Positions 1-9,705 are shown, counted from the stretch's first letter. The stretch: 64,000 bases of DNA from Oligoflexia bacterium (GCA_014378465.1 JACMNQ010000033.1:5578-69577), one strand, 5' to 3'. Program-made: numbers and translations. Notes: generated by a model not told the origin, from the letters alone.

Positions 1-1
1 C

Positions 2-814
2 CGGGCGGCACAGGACAATCTGGCCGAACTGCGGGACCGGAAGGCCAGCAATGGCCTCGTCAAACTCACTCGTCCGTTCTTTACTCAGTACGTCGTACCG
101 TTGATTCGTGGCAAGCCTTTCTGGGACAACCAACGCCTCAACTACCGCCGGAAGATCATCACGGCCGGGCTCAAAGAGGAGCTCACGAGTGACGAATTCA
201 TCGCTTTCAAACTGTTTTTGATCATTTTCTTCCCGGTTGTCGGGATGTTTCTCCGGGCAACCGGGTTTCTGGATGTGGAATGGTATTACATGGTCGGTTT
301 CGGCCTCGCCGGGTGGTTCTACCCGGATTACTGGGCCAGTACGCTGATCAAGGGCCGGCAGAAATCGATTCTTCGAGCCATGCCTTTCATCGTCGATCTT
401 CTGGCGCTTTCGACTGAAGCGGGACTCGACTTCGTCGGAGCCATCGGAAAAGTCGTGGACAAGGCGAAACCCAGTCCGCTGGTTGAGGAGTTCGGACAGA
501 TGCTCAAGGAGATCAAAGTGGGTTCGTCTCGTGGCGAAGCCCTGCGTGAAATGGCCTTTCGCATCAACATGACCGAAGTGAATTCCTTCGTGGCCATCCT
601 GATTTCAGCGGATCAGATGGGAGCCTCCATCGGGAAAATCCTGCGACAGCAATCCGAACAGATCCGGGTGGAACGCATGCTGAGAGCCGAGAAGGCGGGA
701 GCGGCGGCGGCTTCAAAAGTTCTGATTCCGCTCGTTTTCTTCATTCTGCCTGCGGTGATGCTCATGGTTTTCGGTCCTTTCGTGCTTGGAATGATCTATC
801 CGAACGGGACCTGA
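2..814 (+). CDS. tadC: TadC-like type II secretion system F family pilus platform protein (5' truncated by window edge)
   Basis: Frame is open from position 2; T2SSF-like motifs DLLALSTEAGLDF, G.SR.EAL, ADQMGASI..ILRQQS, RAEKAG; C-terminal TM helix; lies in a Tad locus. Confidence 0.88.
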   Translation, partial: RAAQDNLAELRDRKASNGLVKLTRPFFTQYVVPLIRGKPFWDNQRLNYRRKIITAGLKEELTSDEFIAFKLFLIIFFPVVGMFLRATGFLDVEWYYMVGFGLAGWFYPDYWASTLIKGRQKSILRAMPFIVDLLALSTEAGLDFVGAIGKVVDKAKPSPLVEEFGQMLKEIKVGSSRGEALREMAFRINMTEVNSFVAILISADQMGASIGKILRQQSEQIRVERMLRAEKAGAAAASKVLIPLVFFILPAVMLMVFGPFVLGMIYPNGT

Positions 815-957
815 AGATTCCTCGGAGCCACTTCAGTCGGCAGAAAATGCCGGTTTGAGAGAACTGTCTGAATCCTGACTCCGAAAAAGCTCTCCGCATC
901 CCGCTTCATAATCCTTTGAAATCAGATGTTTACACCAAAATGGTAAAATAAAGACGA

Positions 958-1347
958 ATGTTCAAAAAAGATGCGTGGGTTCAAATCAAATCCCTCAAAA
1001 ATCAAGCCCTTATTGCCGACAAGTGCTTTGTGGCAGAACGTTATTTCACACGTCTCAGAGGATTGATCGGAAAGTCTGGCTTCGTTGCCGGACAGGGCAT
1101 GCTGTTTCCGCGGTGCAATAACATTCATATGTGGTTCATGAGTTTCCCCATTGATGTCGTTTTCATTCGTTGTGAAAAGAAACCGGATGGATCGGCGACC
1201 TGGAGAGTCTCATCAGTTCACAGCAGTGTGAAGGCGTGGAGAATCACTCCCCTGATGGACATGAGTGGAACTGAAACGCTCGAATTGCCTGAAGGCAGAA
1301 TCCGTCAGTGTGCCATCGAAGCAGGGGATGAGCTATGTTCAAGTTGA
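958..1347 (+). CDS. DUF192 family protein
   Basis: RLRGLIG, GMLFPRCNNIHMWFMSFPIDVVF and LELPEG motifs typical of DUF192. Confidence 0.85.
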   Translation: MFKKDAWVQIKSLKNQALIADKCFVAERYFTRLRGLIGKSGFVAGQGMLFPRCNNIHMWFMSFPIDVVFIRCEKKPDGSATWRVSSVHSSVKAWRITPLMDMSGTETLELPEGRIRQCAIEAGDELCSS

Positions 1348-3002
1348 CCCTGGTATCAGCACCGGGTGGAGCGACTCCGGTTCGCGGTGCGAGCTATTCC
1401 ATACAGGAAGGCGAGACCAGCATCGGTCGCCAGTCCGGCAACGGCATCGTCCTGCAGTCTTCGAACGTCTCCAAACTGCATTGCACTCTCGTCGTCGACA
1501 ATGAAAGCGTGAAGATTCAGGATCAGGGGAGTTCCAACGGAACTTTCGTCAACGGCGTCCTTTCGAAATCCAAGGCCATCCGCCCCGGCGATCGTCTGAG
1601 TGTCGGTGATTTCGTGTTCGAACTCAGCCAGGGTTCGGCGTCCTCCGCACTTGCACCAGGTCAGTACGGTCAGCAGAATTCTGATTTTGCGCAACTGGGC
1701 CGGGGTGGGAACGTCATTCCTTTCCCCGGTTCCTCCGCATCCATGTCGCTGCCGAGTCATCCTGCGCACACCGTGAACGCGGGACATTCCGGACCGCAGA
1801 TGCCCACGGATTTCGTTGGAAAGATGATCTGGCAGATTGAAACTCACGTCATGCCACTTTTCTACCAACTCCTGCTCAAACACGAGTGGCATTTCGTCGG
1901 CATGGGGCTGGTCACACTTTTCGTGCTGACGAATTTATTGGTGACCGTCATGCCGCTCACGAACAGTCACCGTGCGATGATGGTCCGTGAAGTTGGGCGT
2001 CGCGCGCAGTTCATGGCCAGGCAGATCGTCGAAAAGAACAGTGCCGTGCTCGCCGCGCGTGCGGAAACCAAAGCTGATCTCGGCACCATTGACCATGAGG
2101 AGGGAGTTCGCCTCGCGATCCTCACTGATCTCGACAATCGAATCATCGCTCCCGGCGCCAAGCTCAATCAATACCTGGCGGGAGGCGCGGAAGCCAATTA
2201 CGCGGTCCGTGCGAGCAAATTATTTCGCGCAGGTCGTGAGAACGGCATGTTGTCTGAAATCGCCGATGATACCGTGATCGCGATCGAACCCGTCAAGGTG
2301 CTGGATCCACAGCAGGGCAAGAACATCACCGTGGGCATGGCCATCGTATCCGTCGACACCACTCTTTCAACGCCGGGAATGGGCGAGATCGGCGTGGTCT
2401 ACTCGGAGACGCTGATCATGACGGGCATCATCGGGGCGATTCTCTTCTTCATCCTCTATCGTCTGACCCTGAAACCATTTCAGGTTCTCAATGATGACAT
2501 CGATCATGTCCTCAAGGGCGACACTCAGCAGGTCACTCGTGAATTCAAGTTTCAGGAGATGAACCCTCTCTGGGATATCATCAACTCCGCGCTGAAGCGA
2601 GTATCGAAGTCCGATGGCTCCGCCTCCGGGGAGCTGGGCGGAAACCTCGGCCCGACCGCCGAGGACCTGCTTGGCCCTCTCAAGATGTTCGGTGTGGCCT
2701 CCCGCATTGGGCTCGTGATCTGCGATGCCGAGAACCGCATTCTTCATCTCAATCCGCTCTTCGAGGAGATCAGCGGAATTCGCGCGGATAATGTCGTGGG
2801 AAGTGAATTCGGCTCCGTCGCGCGCGATCAGGCTTTCGTCATGTTCACGCAGGATCTCTTCTCGCGGGCTTCTGCCGGCGGTGAGGGAGTTGCCGAAGAC
2901 TTCGAATTTTCTGGAGTGACATACCGGATGCATGCAGTTGCATTCGGCAGCCCGGGTGGTCAACCGTGCTGTTATGTCCTGGCTGCGGTGAAACCTGATT
3001 GA
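1335..3002 (+). CDS. FHA-domain membrane protein (FHA, TM, extracytoplasmic domain, TM, HAMP-like, PAS-like)
   Basis: FHA motifs IGR..S..H and DQGSSNGTFVNG; two hydrophobic helices; LKPF HAMP-like start; C-terminal ICDAENRILHLNPLFEEISG PAS-like segment. Confidence 0.8.
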   Translation: MFKLTLVSAPGGATPVRGASYSIQEGETSIGRQSGNGIVLQSSNVSKLHCTLVVDNESVKIQDQGSSNGTFVNGVLSKSKAIRPGDRLSVGDFVFELSQGSASSALAPGQYGQQNSDFAQLGRGGNVIPFPGSSASMSLPSHPAHTVNAGHSGPQMPTDFVGKMIWQIETHVMPLFYQLLLKHEWHFVGMGLVTLFVLTNLLVTVMPLTNSHRAMMVREVGRRAQFMARQIVEKNSAVLAARAETKADLGTIDHEEGVRLAILTDLDNRIIAPGAKLNQYLAGGAEANYAVRASKLFRAGRENGMLSEIADDTVIAIEPVKVLDPQQGKNITVGMAIVSVDTTLSTPGMGEIGVVYSETLIMTGIIGAILFFILYRLTLKPFQVLNDDIDHVLKGDTQQVTREFKFQEMNPLWDIINSALKRVSKSDGSASGELGGNLGPTAEDLLGPLKMFGVASRIGLVICDAENRILHLNPLFEEISGIRADNVVGSEFGSVARDQAFVMFTQDLFSRASAGGEGVAEDFEFSGVTYRMHAVAFGSPGGQPCCYVLAAVKPD

Positions 3003-3004
3003 GC

Positions 3005-4009
3005 ATGGCAAACGCATTGAAATTCAAACACACGCAGGTTCCTCGCCAGACGGGCGAACAGGCACGTCTGAAGGTCGTGCAGGGGCCCGATTCGGGCGCG
3101 ATCTATGTCATCACTGCGAATCTCGCGACGATCGGTCGTGGAGATGAGAATGACATGATCATTTCAGACCTCAAGGCTTCCAGAAAGCATGCACAATTCT
3201 CCTCAGTGACTTCGCAGGAGTGGGCCGTCAAGGATCTGGGCAGTGCGAACGGGCTGCTTCACAACGGAAAAGTCACTCGTCAGTGCACGATCAAATCAGG
3301 CGATACGGTCGCCTTCGGTGAGACGACCCTGGAGTTTCTGCTTCAGGAAGCGACTCAGCTCCTCATGGCGCCGGCAAAGTCCATGACCCAGATTCAGGCT
3401 GATCAAAAGGCTTTCGAAGCGCAGAAGAAGAAAGCCACCAATTTCAGCAAGGGCAGCGACCCGGCGGCTCAGAAGCGCTCCAATGCTGCAGGCGGACTGT
3501 TCAAGAATAAACTCATGCTCGGCGTGATCGGTGTCGGGGCCTACCTCATGTTCTTCGTCGACTCCGACCCCGCGCCTAACAAAAAAGTGGCCAAGGACTC
3601 CGCCAAGGAATCCAGAAATCTCGCGTCCTACCTTCCGGCCATCAATCCGGATGACACCCAGAGCGGCCGGGCAGCCGAGACTTTCTTTCGTGTGGGCTTC
3701 AGAGAATACCGTGAAAAGAACTACCTTCGCGCGAAGACCCAGTTCGAGACTGTGCTGCAGGTTGTTCCAGGTCATCCGTTGGCGACTCTTTATCTTGAGA
3801 ACTGTGACAAGGCGATCGAGGATGAGGTGAAGTCGCACCTGGAAATGGGAAAAAAGGGCCTTTCCTCCGGAAAACTCAGGAGTGCCCAGGGGCATTTTCA
3901 GAGTGTGAAGCGCCTGCTGAATCGTGATCAGTCGAATCCGGCTTACCTTGAAGCCAAGGATCAGCTGGACGCAGTCGAAAAGGAACTCAGGGGAGGGTAC
4001 AGCGGATGA
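3005..4009 (+). CDS. FHA-domain, TM and TPR protein
   Basis: IGRGDEND..SRKH..DLGSANG FHA motifs; TM around LMLGVIGVGAYLMFF; TPR-like helices; ATG at 3005 preferred to TTG at 2999. Confidence 0.8.
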   Translation: MANALKFKHTQVPRQTGEQARLKVVQGPDSGAIYVITANLATIGRGDENDMIISDLKASRKHAQFSSVTSQEWAVKDLGSANGLLHNGKVTRQCTIKSGDTVAFGETTLEFLLQEATQLLMAPAKSMTQIQADQKAFEAQKKKATNFSKGSDPAAQKRSNAAGGLFKNKLMLGVIGVGAYLMFFVDSDPAPNKKVAKDSAKESRNLASYLPAINPDDTQSGRAAETFFRVGFREYREKNYLRAKTQFETVLQVVPGHPLATLYLENCDKAIEDEVKSHLEMGKKGLSSGKLRSAQGHFQSVKRLLNRDQSNPAYLEAKDQLDAVEKELRGGYSG

Positions 4010-6303
4010 GTGCGCTGCCGATTCTGACCATCACTCGAAATGGCGAAACGATCCGGACTCAGCCTCTGGAGGGTGAAGCCAGTGTGGGCCGCGAAGAGGG
4101 CTGCGTGATCCGTCTGGATGATCGCGCGATCTCGCGCCAACATGCGCTCATCAAACCCACTTCAGAAGGAATTCAGATTGAGAAAAAGAGTGATTTCGCT
4201 CCGATGTCCATCAATGGGCTTGAGTGCACGCGCGCTTTTCTCAAAGAAGGCGATGTCATTTCCATCGGACCGTATCACATGAAGTACTCCGAAGCCAAAG
4301 TCGCCCGCGAACCGCGCGAAGTCCGTGAGGCAAAATCACAGCCCAAAGTGACAGAAACTCCAAAGCTTCAGGTCGTTCAGCCTGAGAAGTTGCCAGAAGA
4401 GTTCAATTTGAGCGATGGTATCGGCGAGATCTCGATGGAATCGGAGGCCACCTCGGCAACGGGTTTCGCAGGGCCCGAAGCCACCAGCGCGATCGAGTCC
4501 TCGTCAGCGAGTTCCGATCTGGAACTGGGTGGAGATTTCGATGAGCACCTGGGAACCAAGCCGATTTCCTTTGAGATGAATTCCGCAAGCCCATCGCAGG
4601 ATGGCGTTCTGGAAGTTCCTTCAGATGTGCAAGGCTCTTCCGCCATGTCCTTCGAGCACGAAGCCGTTGATCAGGAAGCCAAGACCAAAGTTCAGTCGCC
4701 CGCTGCAGTCGACGTCAAGTTGGTCTTTCCAGTGGGTCTGGCCAACCATGACGAGCTGGCAATCACCCAGAATGAAGTTTCGATCGGCCGAGGCAAGGAC
4801 TGCGTTGTCGTCCTGAATGACAAGAAGTCCTCCCGAAAGAACTCCGTCATCAGGCGCATCGGATTGAAATTCATCATCAGGGATCTGGATTCAGCCAATG
4901 GCACTTATGTGAATGGCCACAAGATCATCCAGGAGCAGGAACTCTACGGCGACGATCGCATTCAGATCGGCGACGTGGAGTTTGAATTCAAGGCCCTGAG
5001 TTCCAGCTATGCCCGCAAACAGCGGGATTTCATGCCCGTTCCATCAGAAACTCCAATGTACCAGCAGAATGACGGAATGCCGTCGAGCCAGGAGTTCGAA
5101 GACTTCAACATGCCGGGGCAGCCGCAGCATCACGATCATGCCGGAATGCCGGGATCCGATTCCGGGGCACCGGCTCGCAAGGGATTCTGGGGCCAGTACG
5201 ACAAGTACATTCGCAACTTTTCCAAGCTCGACAGGAAGATGAAGATCCGCGTCGTCGCGATCGGCCTCATCTTCGCGATGTTCCTGTTCTTCGATGATGA
5301 AGCGGACACTGCCAAAAAGAGCGGCAAGAAGTCCCCCAAAACTTCGGCTTCGTCGACTCCGGGAGCGATGACTTTCGAGATGCTGACCAAAGAGCAGCAG
5401 AAATACATCGAGAATCAGCACACGCTCGGCTTCGACAGCTACAAGAACAAGGACTATGACAAGGCCATCTTCGAAATTCGGAAGATCTTCGCCATCATCC
5501 CGAATTACAAGGACTCCAAGGAAATCGAACGCTATGCCATCGAAGGCAAACGCAAGCTTGAAGCTCTCGAAGAGGAAAAGCGAAAGAAACAGGAAGAGTC
5601 TCAGCTGAAGGCGAAGATCGCTCAGCTCGTCGAAGAGACTCGCGCTCTGATGGACAAGAAGAAATACGACCTGGCTGGCGAGCTCTTTTCCCAGATCCTC
5701 GCCCTGGATCCTGACAATCAGCAGGTTGCGGAGTGGAAGAAGATTCTTGAACTCTTTCAGGAGAATCGCAAGATCCAGGAACAGGAACGGCAGGTTCAGG
5801 AAGAGATCAACAGACGCGCCTGGGGCTTCTACGCGGCCGGTGTCGCGCTGTACAAGGATGGAAAATTTCATTCGGCCATCGCGGAATTTGAAAAAGTCGC
5901 GGAAGTGGGAGCCAGCGATGTCAATGCGGTCAAGAAGTCCAGGCAGATGATCGCCAATTCACACACGCAGATCATCGCCCTTCGTGATCCGGTTCTCGTG
6001 AAAGCGAAGGAGATGGAAGGTTCGGGCGACCTGCCCGGTGCTTTTCAGGAGTACAGACGCGCGACGGTGATTGATCCACCTCATCCCGCCGGTTACGCCG
6101 GGATGGAGCGCATCCGCGGTGTGCTCCATGAACGCTCGAAGGGTCTCTACACGGAAGCCGTTCTGGCGGAAAGTTACAGCGATTTCGCGACAGCTCAGAA
6201 GAAATACAAGGAGCTCCTCGTGGTGGCGCCTCAGGACGATATCTATTACGAACGCGCTCAGAGAAAGCTCGCGAATTATTTCAAAAAAGATGAGATTCAG
6301 TGA
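4006..6303 (+). CDS. Double-FHA, TM and TPR/coiled-coil protein
   Basis: Two FHA domains (VGREEGC..SRQH; IGRGKDC..DLDSANGTYVNG) separated by an acidic linker; TM; multiple TPR-like repeats. Confidence 0.8.
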   Translation: MSALPILTITRNGETIRTQPLEGEASVGREEGCVIRLDDRAISRQHALIKPTSEGIQIEKKSDFAPMSINGLECTRAFLKEGDVISIGPYHMKYSEAKVAREPREVREAKSQPKVTETPKLQVVQPEKLPEEFNLSDGIGEISMESEATSATGFAGPEATSAIESSSASSDLELGGDFDEHLGTKPISFEMNSASPSQDGVLEVPSDVQGSSAMSFEHEAVDQEAKTKVQSPAAVDVKLVFPVGLANHDELAITQNEVSIGRGKDCVVVLNDKKSSRKNSVIRRIGLKFIIRDLDSANGTYVNGHKIIQEQELYGDDRIQIGDVEFEFKALSSSYARKQRDFMPVPSETPMYQQNDGMPSSQEFEDFNMPGQPQHHDHAGMPGSDSGAPARKGFWGQYDKYIRNFSKLDRKMKIRVVAIGLIFAMFLFFDDEADTAKKSGKKSPKTSASSTPGAMTFEMLTKEQQKYIENQHTLGFDSYKNKDYDKAIFEIRKIFAIIPNYKDSKEIERYAIEGKRKLEALEEEKRKKQEESQLKAKIAQLVEETRALMDKKKYDLAGELFSQILALDPDNQQVAEWKKILELFQENRKIQEQERQVQEEINRRAWGFYAAGVALYKDGKFHSAIAEFEKVAEVGASDVNAVKKSRQMIANSHTQIIALRDPVLVKAKEMEGSGDLPGAFQEYRRATVIDPPHPAGYAGMERIRGVLHERSKGLYTEAVLAESYSDFATAQKKYKELLVVAPQDDIYYERAQRKLANYFKKDEIQ

Positions 6304-7058
6304 TGACGAGATCACAGGCATCAAAGCGGATCAAAGCTTCACTGGTCTTCTCTTCCCAAGGGGCTTTGGCTTCGCAGGAGGACTTCGTGCTGGGCAAGAA
6401 GGATCGTGGCCTGTTCGTGGTTGCCGATGGTTTCGGTGGAGTCGTTCCCGGAGCGCTGGCATCTCGAACCGCGTGTGAAGCGGTCCTCGGATTTCTCCAG
6501 AAGGAAGCGGGCGATATCGAGGCAACTTTGCCTTTCGTTCTTCGAAGCTACTATTCGCTCGCTGGAAACGTGCTCTTCAATGCGCTGGTTCATGCCAATC
6601 GACAGGTCCTCAGACTCAATCAGAAGAAGAATGTTCATGAAAGAGGCGGGGCTTCAGTGATCGCCGGATTTCTGGACGAGGATCTCATGGCGATCGCGCA
6701 TGTGGGTGCCTGCGGTGCCTGGCTCTTTCGTTCGGGCATGGCCACTGAACTGGTGACTCCGAGAACTTACGCCAGACTCAGTGATCCCTTCAACAAAGAG
6801 GTGAGTGATGGAACTGCCGTGCCCCTGATGGCCTTGGGTATTTCCCAGGATCTGGAACCCGAAATCGTGGAACTGCGGGTGCGACCGGGGGACTGGCTTC
6901 TTCTTCAGAGCGATGGAATGGATCAGACCATTCGCGAAGGCCTGCTCAAGATTCAGACTGAGAATCTGACTGCCGCGCAATCGGCTGAAACTGCGGAAGC
7001 TTATCTGAAGCAGTGTCGTTTTATTGACAACGCGAGCGCTTCTCTCACTCTCTTCTGA
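6300..7058 (+). CDS. PP2C/PPM-family Ser/Thr protein phosphatase (divergent)
   Basis: QEDF, VADGFGG, LLQSDGM and DNAS motifs of PPM phosphatases. Confidence 0.8.
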   Translation: MMTRSQASKRIKASLVFSSQGALASQEDFVLGKKDRGLFVVADGFGGVVPGALASRTACEAVLGFLQKEAGDIEATLPFVLRSYYSLAGNVLFNALVHANRQVLRLNQKKNVHERGGASVIAGFLDEDLMAIAHVGACGAWLFRSGMATELVTPRTYARLSDPFNKEVSDGTAVPLMALGISQDLEPEIVELRVRPGDWLLLQSDGMDQTIREGLLKIQTENLTAAQSAETAEAYLKQCRFIDNASASLTLF

Positions 7059-7161
7059 GTCAGTTTTCATTCGATTGACTCGGCAAATTTAGCCTGTGTC
7101 CACGCCGACACTTGTCGCGGTACAATCTTTACACTGAGCTTGTTGAGCTTGGGCGGAGAAG

Positions 7162-7191
7162 TTGACTGTTTGCGTCAGTGCTGGGTATAAT
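7162..7191 (+). promoter_or_regulatory. Candidate sigma70 promoter upstream of flp
   Basis: TTGACT-N18-TATAAT. Confidence 0.5.
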
Positions 7192-7216
7192 CAAGGGTGA
7201 GGCCGACATTTTTCGT

Positions 7217-7243
7217 TCAAGTTTTTGACTGCTCTGCCGATGA
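7217..7243 (+). promoter_or_regulatory. Candidate sigma28 (FliA) promoter upstream of flp
   Basis: TCAA-N15-GCCGATGA versus consensus TAAA-N15-GCCGATAA, 29 nt before the ATG. Confidence 0.65.
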
Positions 7244-7272
7244 GCAAGGATAGAAAGACAAGGAGTGGCTGC

Positions 7273-7485
7273 ATGAACTTACAATGGGTGACACATCTGA
7301 AGAACATCTGTTCGGATTTTGCCGGCGACGAGCGAGGACAATCCACCACTGAATACATTCTGATTCTTTCCGTGGTTGTGATGATCGCGATCAAATTCAA
7401 GGGTGCGATCGAAAAGCAGGTTCTGGGAAAACTGATGAACGGTTTGAACAGCGATCTGGACAAATTTGGCGATTCTTCCCCGTAA
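7273..7485 (+). CDS. flp: Flp family major pilin (70 aa)
   Basis: AAGGAG RBS; DERG|QSTTEY prepilin/Flp motif followed by a hydrophobic helix. Confidence 0.85.
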   Translation: MNLQWVTHLKNICSDFAGDERGQSTTEYILILSVVVMIAIKFKGAIEKQVLGKLMNGLNSDLDKFGDSSP

Positions 7486-7527
7486 CAGGATGACCTGCAC
7501 GGGGGCAGGAAATGAAGGAGATGAACG

Positions 7528-7848
7528 ATGCTGGAAGCTCCGGCATCTCCGCAGGGATCAAGTGAACAGTCAGGTTCGGGGATAGCGGGGAAAAATCAGT
7601 CGAACTTCAGGGGATGCAAATCTCGGGTGCTCAGGCATTCGACCTTTGCTTTTCGTCGTTTTTTTCAGGAGGAAGAGGGCCAGGCCATCACTGAATACAT
7701 CCTGATCCTCTCGGTCTGTCTGGCCACTGCGATCGCGATGGGACGTGGGATCATGAAAGTGCTCGATAAAGGCATTCTCAAGCTCGGTGCTCAGCTGGAG
7801 CTGGATCTCAAGACGGGGAGGGCTCCGCTGCGTGTCTGGAAAAATTGA
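7528..7848 (+). CDS. Flp family pilin 2 with a long leader
   Basis: EEEG|QAITEYILIL Flp motif; AAGGAG RBS before the ATG. Confidence 0.75.
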   Translation: MLEAPASPQGSSEQSGSGIAGKNQSNFRGCKSRVLRHSTFAFRRFFQEEEGQAITEYILILSVCLATAIAMGRGIMKVLDKGILKLGAQLELDLKTGRAPLRVWKN

Positions 7849-8374
7849 ACTCATCCCGGCGGTGATCATCGCCGTTTCACTTCTGGCGGCGGCAACGGAT
7901 CTGCTTCGCGGGAAGATCTACAACTGGCTGACCGTGCCTGTGATGGTCCTGGGCCTGATCGTCTCCTTTCAGAACGGCGGCTGGAGTGCGTTCGGCTATT
8001 CCGCGGCAAGCATTGCCCTGGGGCTCGCTCTCTACGGCTGGATGTTCCTGATTCGGGTGATGGGTGCAGGAGACGTGAAACTGCTCATGGCGCTTGGAGC
8101 CTGGGGAGGCCTCTGGTTCACTTTTGATGTCGCGGCTCTGGGTGTGTTGCTCGGAGGAGTGATGGCCGCCGTACTGCTGACTTTCAAGGGAAGAATCGCG
8201 GCATTTGCTCGCCAGATCTATCAATTCTTTCTCACGCTCTTCGTGAGGGAACTGGAAGTCCAGGTCCCGAAGATCGACCGGAAGCTCACCATGCCCTATG
8301 GAGTACCCATCGCGGCTGCCGCGATCTGGGTGGCACTTGCCAATCCCTTCGTGAAGTGGGGGATTCACTCATGA
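7832..8374 (+). CDS. cpaA: A24 family prepilin peptidase (TadV/CpaA)
   Basis: TDL..GKIYNWL, MGAGDVKL and MPYGVPI motifs; GTG start at 7832 with upstream GGGGAGG. Confidence 0.88.
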   Translation: MSGKIELIPAVIIAVSLLAAATDLLRGKIYNWLTVPVMVLGLIVSFQNGGWSAFGYSAASIALGLALYGWMFLIRVMGAGDVKLLMALGAWGGLWFTFDVAALGVLLGGVMAAVLLTFKGRIAAFARQIYQFFLTLFVRELEVQVPKIDRKLTMPYGVPIAAAAIWVALANPFVKWGIHS

Positions 8375-8640
8375 GCCGCAATGAAAGTGGCCAGGCCGTC
8401 ATCGAGTATGTGCTTCTGATCAGCATCATCGCTTCGGCGTTCGTGATCGTCGGTCGGGGACTCGTGGACATGGGACTTGCCCAGAAGCTGACCCGTCCCC
8501 TGAGAGAGGAGTTCGCCCGCACCTATCAATACGGACATCCCAAAGGCAAAGGGTTTGAAGATGGCGGTCCGGATCATCATCCCCGTGCGATGACCGGCGG
8601 AACAAACGGCCGAATGTTCCTCAATCCGAGGGATCAATGA
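8371..8640 (+). CDS. Flp-like minor pilin 3
   Basis: NESG|QAVIEYVLL motif; ATGA overlap with the peptidase gene. Confidence 0.75.
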   Translation: MSRNESGQAVIEYVLLISIIASAFVIVGRGLVDMGLAQKLTRPLREEFARTYQYGHPKGKGFEDGGPDHHPRAMTGGTNGRMFLNPRDQ

Positions 8641-9206
8641 TCATGAGAAGAATGAGGCTGAAAATTCTCAGATCAGGTCATGATTCCGGACAGGCGACCC
8701 TCGAGTTTGCCCTGGCCTTGAGCTTCTTCATGGCAATCATGCTGTTCTACATTCAGCTTTCGATGTCCTTTGCGTGGGGCAACTATGTGCACTACGCCAC
8801 TTTCATGTCGGCCCGCGCCTACCTTGCCGCCGGGACTGACGAAGAAGACCAACAGGAACGGGCGAAGTCCGTGCTGGTTCAGATGGTCAAGAAAGGGGTG
8901 GGCCGCGAAGGTGCCGACCGCTTTGCCTCCATTGCCAAAGGCGTGGAGGGGGGATCCCCGGTGGGCGCCAAAATCGGGGCGGGCTCCCAGTTCAGTCCCA
9001 CCGATAGAAATTTAAGTTGGCTGCAGGGAGTCCGATACAAATTCAGGGGAAAACTTTTCATGATTCCGTTCGCGGGATCTGCCAAGGCCGGAAAAGAAGT
9101 CAATTATCTGACTCTGACTTCGGAAAGCTGGCTGGGGAGAGAACCCACGACTTCGGAATGCACCAGGGACATGGGACAAATGGGGATCACTGACAATGGT
9201 TGTTAA
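8637..9206 (+). CDS. TadE/TadF-like pseudopilin
   Basis: SG|QATLEFAL N-terminal motif plus hydrophobic helix and A..AR segment. Confidence 0.78.
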   Translation: MIMRRMRLKILRSGHDSGQATLEFALALSFFMAIMLFYIQLSMSFAWGNYVHYATFMSARAYLAAGTDEEDQQERAKSVLVQMVKKGVGREGADRFASIAKGVEGGSPVGAKIGAGSQFSPTDRNLSWLQGVRYKFRGKLFMIPFAGSAKAGKEVNYLTLTSESWLGREPTTSECTRDMGQMGITDNGC

Positions 9207-9705
9207 ATGGGACGAGTCAGGACAGAGCCTGCTTGAATTTCTGATCATGCTTCCCATGATGCTCGGCCTCGTCCTCATTCTCGTGCGGGTCAACTCCGCC
9301 GTTCAGGTTTCAATCGTGAATCAGCAGTACGCGCGTTCCACGGCTCACTGGCTCGCCTTCAACAGTTCCACTTACCCTTCACGAAAAACCATCGAAGCCG
9401 ACTTCCTGCCCTTCAATGCCAGCCAGCTCGTGGTGGGTGTTTCAGAGAATCGGCTGGGCATTGATGATGATGGAGCGCCTCAGCCAGTTGCCTCCACCCA
9501 GCAGGTCACTCGCGGACGCAAGCCCGCCAATGATGATTCGGACAGGGAAAACCTGAAGGAACGGGCTCTGGTGCGGGTGCGAACGACCGTTGCCCTCTGC
9601 ACCCAGGTCAACTCCATCGATATCGGTGGAAGGAAAGTGCCCATGATCGGAAATAATCTGGGCGAGCAGTCCAGACCGGAATTCTGCAGGAGTGCTCAAC
9701 AATGA
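9196..9705 (+). CDS. TadE-like pseudopilin
   Basis: SG|QSLLEFLIMLP motif; C-terminal Cys pair. Confidence 0.78.
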   Translation: MVVKWDESGQSLLEFLIMLPMMLGLVLILVRVNSAVQVSIVNQQYARSTAHWLAFNSSTYPSRKTIEADFLPFNASQLVVGVSENRLGIDDDGAPQPVASTQQVTRGRKPANDDSDRENLKERALVRVRTTVALCTQVNSIDIGGRKVPMIGNNLGEQSRPEFCRSAQQ

